Assembly (NCBI GenBank): GCA_963757865.1
Contig: CAVWSU010000013.1
Coordinates: 410,904 to 474,903, forward strand
Origin: an uncultured Chloroflexia bacterium
GTDB taxonomy: Bacteria > Chloroflexota > Limnocylindria > Limnocylindrales > CSP1-4
Direction of reading: 5' to 3'
Length of the DNA stretch: 64,000 bases
A program made the translations under genes and the position numbers. Every line of letters starts with the position of its first letter. The first letter of the stretch is position 1. The notes under the pieces were generated by a model. It was not told where the DNA came from, ran no database searches, and saw only the letters and a list, made by a program, of their open reading frames with translations. Of this stretch, positions 59,080-64,000 are shown one piece after another.

Positions 59080-60516
59080 TCAGGCGGCCGGGAGCTCGAG
59101 CACGAAGACCGTGCCGGCCGGCGAGGACGACTCGATCCGCACGTCGCCGCCGTTCGCGCGCGCCAGCTCCCTTGCCACCGTGAGGCCGATCCCGGTGCCC
59201 GCAGGCTGACCAGAGCGGCGCGCACGCGCCGGATCGGCGCGGTAGAAGCGCTCGAACACGCGGGCCTGGTGCTCGGGTGGGATGCCGGGACCCGTGTCGG
59301 CCACGCGGATTCGCGCCACTCGACCCTCCCTCGTGACGCTCAACCGGACAGAGCCGCCTGCCGGCGTGTAGACGGCCGCGTTCGTCAGCAGGTTCTGGAG
59401 CGCGCGCCCGACCTGGCGCGGGTCGACGAGTGAGACGATGAGGGCGACCGGTACGCTCGGCACTGCCGGCGGGCCCGACCGACCCGGGGAGCCCCGCCCG
59501 TCGGCCGCCGCGCCGGGTTCACCGGGCTGTGACGGCGGCCCCGTCGATGGCCCCGGCCCCACCAGGGCCACGCCCTCCTGGCCGTAGAGCGCCTGCACGG
59601 CCGCGGCTGCGTCGGCCGCGAGCGCGACGAGGTCCACCCGTTCGGGTGCCCGCAGGAGTGCGGCACCCTCCGCAGCCGCGAGGTCGTGCAGATCCCCGAC
59701 CAGCCGGGAGACCTCTCCGGCCGTCTCGCGTGTCGCCGCCAGCTGTTCGGGCGTCACCGGGACCACCCCGTCCGCCAGTGCGTCGAGCTGCGTGGTCAGC
59801 ACCGTCACCGGCGTCGCGATCTCGTGCGCGAGGTCGCTCGCCGCCCGGCGTCGCAGTTGCTCCGAGCGCTGCAGGCTCTCCGCCATCGAGTTGAAGGCGA
59901 CCGCCAGCTCGTGGCCCTCGCGGTCGGTCGGCACGGGTACCCGCGTCGACAGGTCGCCGCTGCCCAGCCGGTGCGCACCCGCGGCCATCGCGGACAGCGG
60001 CCGTGTCAGGCGCAGGCCCATGAACAGGGCGACGGCCACGCTGAACAGCACCGCGATCAGGCCCGCGATCAGCAGCGTCTGGTCGATGGCGCGCCGGAAC
60101 GCAACCGACGCGGTCCGCACGGCCGCAGCGGTCAGCCCGCGGCTCTGCACCGCCAGCCTCCCGACCGCCTGGCCGGCCACCACGATCGGCGAGCTGTCGA
60201 CCGGTCCGCCGAGCGCAGCCCCGAATCCGGCGGACCGTGCGATCAGGCCCCCGGATGCGTCGTAGATGGCGATCGGGCCCCCGGCGGCTGCCGCCAGCTG
60301 GCGAACCTCGAGCGCCGTCAGCGACAGCGAACCATCGGAGCGATACGCGTCGGCGATGACTGCGGCGGCCTGGTCTCGCCGGTCGGCCTGTTCCTGCGTC
60401 AGGTACTGCGAGAACCGCGAACCGACGACGACGTTGACGAGGATCCCGGCGAGCACGATCACGACGGCGATGGCGCCCCCGATCGCGAGGGCCAGACGGA
60501 CGCCCAGCCGGTCCAT
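59080..60516 (-). CDS. Membrane HAMP sensor histidine kinase (BaeS-like)
   Basis: Two TM helices, HAMP, AHEIATP H-box, NLLTNA, DTGPGI, FERFYR, GTGIGL. Confidence 0.93.
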   Translation of the reverse strand: MDRLGVRLALAIGGAIAVVIVLAGILVNVVVGSRFSQYLTQEQADRRDQAAAVIADAYRSDGSLSLTALEVRQLAAAAGGPIAIYDASGGLIARSAGFGAALGGPVDSSPIVVAGQAVGRLAVQSRGLTAAAVRTASVAFRRAIDQTLLIAGLIAVLFSVAVALFMGLRLTRPLSAMAAGAHRLGSGDLSTRVPVPTDREGHELAVAFNSMAESLQRSEQLRRRAASDLAHEIATPVTVLTTQLDALADGVVPVTPEQLAATRETAGEVSRLVGDLHDLAAAEGAALLRAPERVDLVALAADAAAAVQALYGQEGVALVGPGPSTGPPSQPGEPGAAADGRGSPGRSGPPAVPSVPVALIVSLVDPRQVGRALQNLLTNAAVYTPAGGSVRLSVTREGRVARIRVADTGPGIPPEHQARVFERFYRADPARARRSGQPAGTGIGLTVARELARANGGDVRIESSSPAGTVFVLELPAA

Positions 60517-60522
60517 GGCGTG

Positions 60523-61321
60523 TCAGGCCTTCACGGCGTCGGACGCGGGGAGCCACCTGTACCCCACGTCCGGGATCGTCTCGATCGCCCACGGCCGGGC
60601 CGGATCGTCGCCGAGCTTGTGTCGCAGGTTCCCGACGTGCACGTCGACGTTCCGGGACGTCTCCGCGTGCGGGCCGGCCACCGCCCGCAGGAGCTGCTCC
60701 CGGTCGAGCGGGGCCCCGGACGCGCGCACGAGCGCCAGGAGCAGTCGCGCCTCGGCGGGCGTGAGGCGACCGGACTCGCCTGCGCACGTGTAGGCACGCG
60801 TCGGCGGCTCGAACACGAGGCGACCCCCGGCAAACGAGAGGCGAGCCGTCCCGTCGACACCCGCGCCCGTGCCGCCTGCCGGTGCGGCTGCCCGTGCCGC
60901 CGCCCATCCCGGTCCCCGTGCCCGTCACGCCGCCGATTCCCGTCCGGCGGAGGATCGCATTCACGCGCTCCACGAGCTCGTGCACGTTGAACGGCTTCGG
61001 CAGATAGTCGTCGGCGCCGAGCCGCAGCCCGGCGATCCGTTCCACGTCACTGCGCTTGGCGGACGTGATCAGGATGGGCACCTGCGAGTCCTCGCGGATC
61101 GCCCGGATCAGGGCCTCACCCTGGAGCCGGGGGAGCATGAGATCGACCACGAGCAGGTCCGCCGGATCCTCGTCGAACGAGTCGAGCGCCGCCCGTCCAT
61201 CCTCGGCCTCCCGCACCTCGTAGCCGGCGCGCTCCAGGTAGAGCCGCAGCAGCGCGCGGAGGCGCGCCTCGTCCTCGACCACGAGGATTCGCGCTCGCGG
61301 GGCCCGGGCGGCTGGATGCAT
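60523..61321 (-). CDS. OmpR-family response regulator, apparent +1 frameshift near 60877
   Basis: Receiver (RILVVEDE, DLMLP, GADDYLPKPF) in one frame. wHTH (LTPAEARLL, RNVDVHVGNLRHKL, TIPDVGYR) in the next. Confidence 0.88.
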
Positions 61322-61329
61322 CGGCGCGA

Positions 61330-61372
61330 ATTGTAGCGGGACCGCGTCAAGACCTCGTCAAGGTTCGTCAGG
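61330..61372 (-). promoter_or_regulatory. TACAAT -10 box plus three direct repeats (CTTGACG), candidate autoregulatory OmpR-family site
   Basis: cgtca(a/g)g at 61345, 61356 and 61366 (10-11 bp period). TACAAT lies 8 nt before the ATG. Confidence 0.6.
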
Positions 61373-61479
61373 CGAGCCGCGGCCACGCATGCCGCCGCCG
61401 GGCTTTCCACGCGCGCCGACGACAGGCATCGGCGTGCGAGGCGCCCATGGTGGCCGGCCGTGCTCCGGCCACGGGTGCC

Positions 61480-62253
61480 TCACCCCGTCGGCGAAGGTCC
61501 ATCGTCGTCAGCGCCGCCGGAGGTGCGCCCCCGGATGGCCACCCGCCCTGCACGCGGTCCATCGTCGTCCGCGGGCCACTCGTTGAACAGCTCGGTCAGC
61601 CACGCCCAGAACCGGCCGGGCGGCTGCGGATCCGGGTAGCCCTGGCACAACGCGTGAAGGTCGGACCAGACCCGATCCGTGAGCGATTGGACGGCCTCCT
61701 GCGTGGGGCGGCCTTCGGCCGGGACCGGCACGCCGAACCGGACCCGGACACTCCGGCCGAAGCCCAGCCGGCTCGTCCCGTTGATCGCGCACGGCACGAT
61801 GGGCACGCCGCTCCGCAGGGCGAAGAACGCGACGCCCTCCTGGAGCGGCAGGAGCGCCCCTTCTCCGTGGTGGATGCGTCCCTCGCCGGCGATCGCCAGC
61901 ATTCCTCCTTCCTCGAAGAGGGCCTGGACCCGCCGCGTGGCACCCAGGATATCGTCGCGCCCCGGCTTGAACGGCACGGGCATCCCCGTCCATGCCATGA
62001 GCCGGTTGCGCCAGCCGTGCGCCATGTCCTGTTCCTTCGGCCCGAAGAAGAAGACACGGGGCCGTGACGGAAGCGCCGCGATCAGGACGAACGGGTCCAC
62101 CCAGTTCAGGTGGTTGAAGCACAGCAGGTACGGGCCGGCGGGCAGCCGGGAGCGGTCGCGGACGTCCAGCCGCAGGCACGCGCGGACGATGGCGCCGACC
62201 ACGATGCGGGTGAGCGCGTACCTCCATCCGGCCCGGGACGGCGGTGCCATCAC
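61480..62253 (-). CDS. 1-acyl-sn-glycerol-3-phosphate acyltransferase (PlsC family)
   Basis: NHLNWVD (HX4D), EGR, GVAFFAL..VPIVP, VRFG. Confidence 0.88.
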   Translation of the reverse strand: MMAPPSRAGWRYALTRIVVGAIVRACLRLDVRDRSRLPAGPYLLCFNHLNWVDPFVLIAALPSRPRVFFFGPKEQDMAHGWRNRLMAWTGMPVPFKPGRDDILGATRRVQALFEEGGMLAIAGEGRIHHGEGALLPLQEGVAFFALRSGVPIVPCAINGTSRLGFGRSVRVRFGVPVPAEGRPTQEAVQSLTDRVWSDLHALCQGYPDPQPPGRFWAWLTELFNEWPADDDGPRAGRVAIRGRTSGGADDDGPSPTG

Positions 62254-62254
62254 G

Positions 62255-63583
62255 TCAACCCGCCGGGTGGGCGATGAGCCGGCCCGCCGCCGCCGCGTGC
62301 GCCGTGGGTTCGGGTACGTGCGTCAGGGCCCAGGCGCCCGCCAGGAACTCCACGACGAGCATGAGGATCATCGCGCGGTATCCCACGCTCGCCCCGAGGG
62401 CTAGCGTGACGGTGAACTGGATCGCGGCAGCGGAGATGGCGGCCAGCCCCTGGTTCCCGGCGGTGACCACGTTGCTGATCCCCATGTACCGGCCCGACTC
62501 CGCCTTCGGGATGATGTCGGTCATCAGGGCCCAGTCCACCGACTGGAACGAGCCCAGGCCGACTCCCAGCGGAATGACGGACACCAGCATGATCCAGTAG
62601 GCGGGCGCCAGCGCGATGCCGGTTGCCCCGACCATGCCAAGGGCGATCCCCGCGTAGATCACCGGTTTGCGGCCCATGCGTGTCGACAGCATGCCCGCGG
62701 GAAGAGTGGCGATCATCGCCGAGAGCCCGAACGCGACAAGGATCGGCAGGACGTCCGCCTCCGCCTCCGCGGTGGGCAGGCCCAGCGTGTTCACGAGGAA
62801 CAGGACACCCATCGAGGTGAGGGTGCTGCCGGTCATGAGGATGAAGAGCCGGCTGACCAGCAGCCACACGTACGCTCGCTGTTCGAGGATGTCGGTCCCC
62901 CAGGCCGCGCGGGCGCGCTGCGGCAGCGTCAGGGTCGTCGGCGGTCCGGGGGTGTCGGGAACCCACAGGACGGTCACGAGCATCGTCGTGACCTCGACCG
63001 CCCCGATCATGACGAACAGGCCTGCGTCCCAGTGGACGACTCGCAGGAAGACCAGGGCCACTGCCGCGCCGCCGAGGTTGCCGATCAGCGACGCGAGCCC
63101 CATGAGGCCAGAGGCGACGCCCACCTGGGGCGCGGGCACGAGGTCGGGCAGGTACCCCTGGAACGGCCCCTGCGCGAAGTTGCTGCTGAACTGCAGCAGG
63201 ACGACACCCGCGAGGAAGCCGAAGTAGCTGTGCTGGCCGAACTGCCAGGCCGCGAACGAGAGGAAGACCAGGTCGAAGGCGGTCCCGACGATGATGTACG
63301 GCTTCCGGCGGCCCAGCCGCGTGCGCGTGTGGTCGCTGATGGCGCCCATCGTCGGCTGGAGCAGCATGGGGACCACGATCCCGATCGCCGTCAGGCCGGC
63401 AACGGCCGTCCCCGCGAGCGGGTGCGTGCTGCCGAGCACGCGATCGACCAGCTCGGGATAGACCTCCGCCCCGAACGCGCCCCACAGGCCGGTCAGCGCG
63501 ACCCAGTACGCGGTGACGGCGACGAGACGGCTCCACGGAAGGACCGTGGTGGGACGCCCGAGGTCGTCGCGCTCCGCGTCCAT
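62255..63583 (-). CDS. MFS transporter
   Basis: About 12 hydrophobic helices. GAISDHTRTRLGRRKPYI, LPDLVP, DWALMTD. Confidence 0.9.
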   Translation of the reverse strand: MDAERDDLGRPTTVLPWSRLVAVTAYWVALTGLWGAFGAEVYPELVDRVLGSTHPLAGTAVAGLTAIGIVVPMLLQPTMGAISDHTRTRLGRRKPYIIVGTAFDLVFLSFAAWQFGQHSYFGFLAGVVLLQFSSNFAQGPFQGYLPDLVPAPQVGVASGLMGLASLIGNLGGAAVALVFLRVVHWDAGLFVMIGAVEVTTMLVTVLWVPDTPGPPTTLTLPQRARAAWGTDILEQRAYVWLLVSRLFILMTGSTLTSMGVLFLVNTLGLPTAEAEADVLPILVAFGLSAMIATLPAGMLSTRMGRKPVIYAGIALGMVGATGIALAPAYWIMLVSVIPLGVGLGSFQSVDWALMTDIIPKAESGRYMGISNVVTAGNQGLAAISAAAIQFTVTLALGASVGYRAMILMLVVEFLAGAWALTHVPEPTAHAAAAGRLIAHPAG

Positions 63584-63707
63584 CGCCGCCTCACGCCCGG
63601 GCTCGCGCCGGCCGCACGATCGATGCGGCCCGACGGGCGCATCGTACGCGCCGGGCCGCGCCGGGGCCAGAGATGTTCGGCGGGCCCGGTTCGTTACAAT
63701 CCGGGCC

Positions 63708-64000
63708 ATGCCCCTCGTCGTCCAGAAGTACGGCGGCTCGTCGCTCGCCGACGCCGACCGTATCCGCCACGTCGCCGGCCGCATCGCGGCCGAGCGCGCC
63801 ACGGGCTCGTCGCTCGTGGTGATCGTGAGCGCCATGGGCGACACCACGGACCACCTGATCGAGCTTGCCTGGCAGATCACGCGCGACCCCGACCCGCGAG
63901 AGATGGACCGGCTCCTCGCGACCGGCGAGTACCAGAGCTGCGCGCTCGTGACCATGGCCCTGCACACGCTCGGCGTCGCGGCGATCTCGCTCACCGGCGC
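63708..64000 (+). CDS. lysC: Aspartate kinase, 3' end outside window
   Basis: Translated by hand (not in ORF track): MPLVVQKYGGSSLAD..VSAMGDTTDHL..REMDRLLATGE. Confidence 0.95.
   Translation, partial: MPLVVQKYGGSSLADADRIRHVAGRIAAERATGSSLVVIVSAMGDTTDHLIELAWQITRDPDPREMDRLLATGEYQSCALVTMALHTLGVAAISLTG

Overview
Very GC-rich bacterial chromosomal window, mostly housekeeping and metabolic genes. Gene content suggests Chloroflexota, which is an inference. No rRNA, tRNA, CRISPR array or intact transposase was recognised. Gene order: 7TM-HD phosphohydrolase, ybeY, APH-like kinase, pth, mfd. Then a large glycerol/dihydroxyacetone locus (8.3-25.5 kb) with three DhaL and two DhaM paralogues, a PAS two-component system, glpF-dhaK-dhaL-glpK, a short GlpA-like dehydrogenase followed by SdhB/C/D-like subunits, a PanE-like reductase, plsY, PTS EI and HPr. 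Then apt, a degenerate mtnA, GNAT, ahcY, metK, manC, manB and pgi/pmi; a frameshifted secreted protein/lipoprotein pair; a TetR-led beta-oxidation operon; a cobalamin riboswitch with an ABC importer; an AI-2E transporter; trpS; a DUF5317-like membrane protein followed by two tiny signal-peptide-like ORFs; hom-thrC-thrB; a second two-component system; plsC; an MFS transporter; and the start of lysC. Best candidates for undescribed systems: (1) a DUF5317-like protein with LspA-like aspartates next to two L-x-L-x-A-G-x-R-W peptides, (2) a GlpA + SdhBCD hybrid glycerol-3-phosphate:quinone oxidoreductase, (3) an altered DhaL translationally coupled to a histidine kinase. Several +1 frameshifts in short G/C runs are probably assembly errors.
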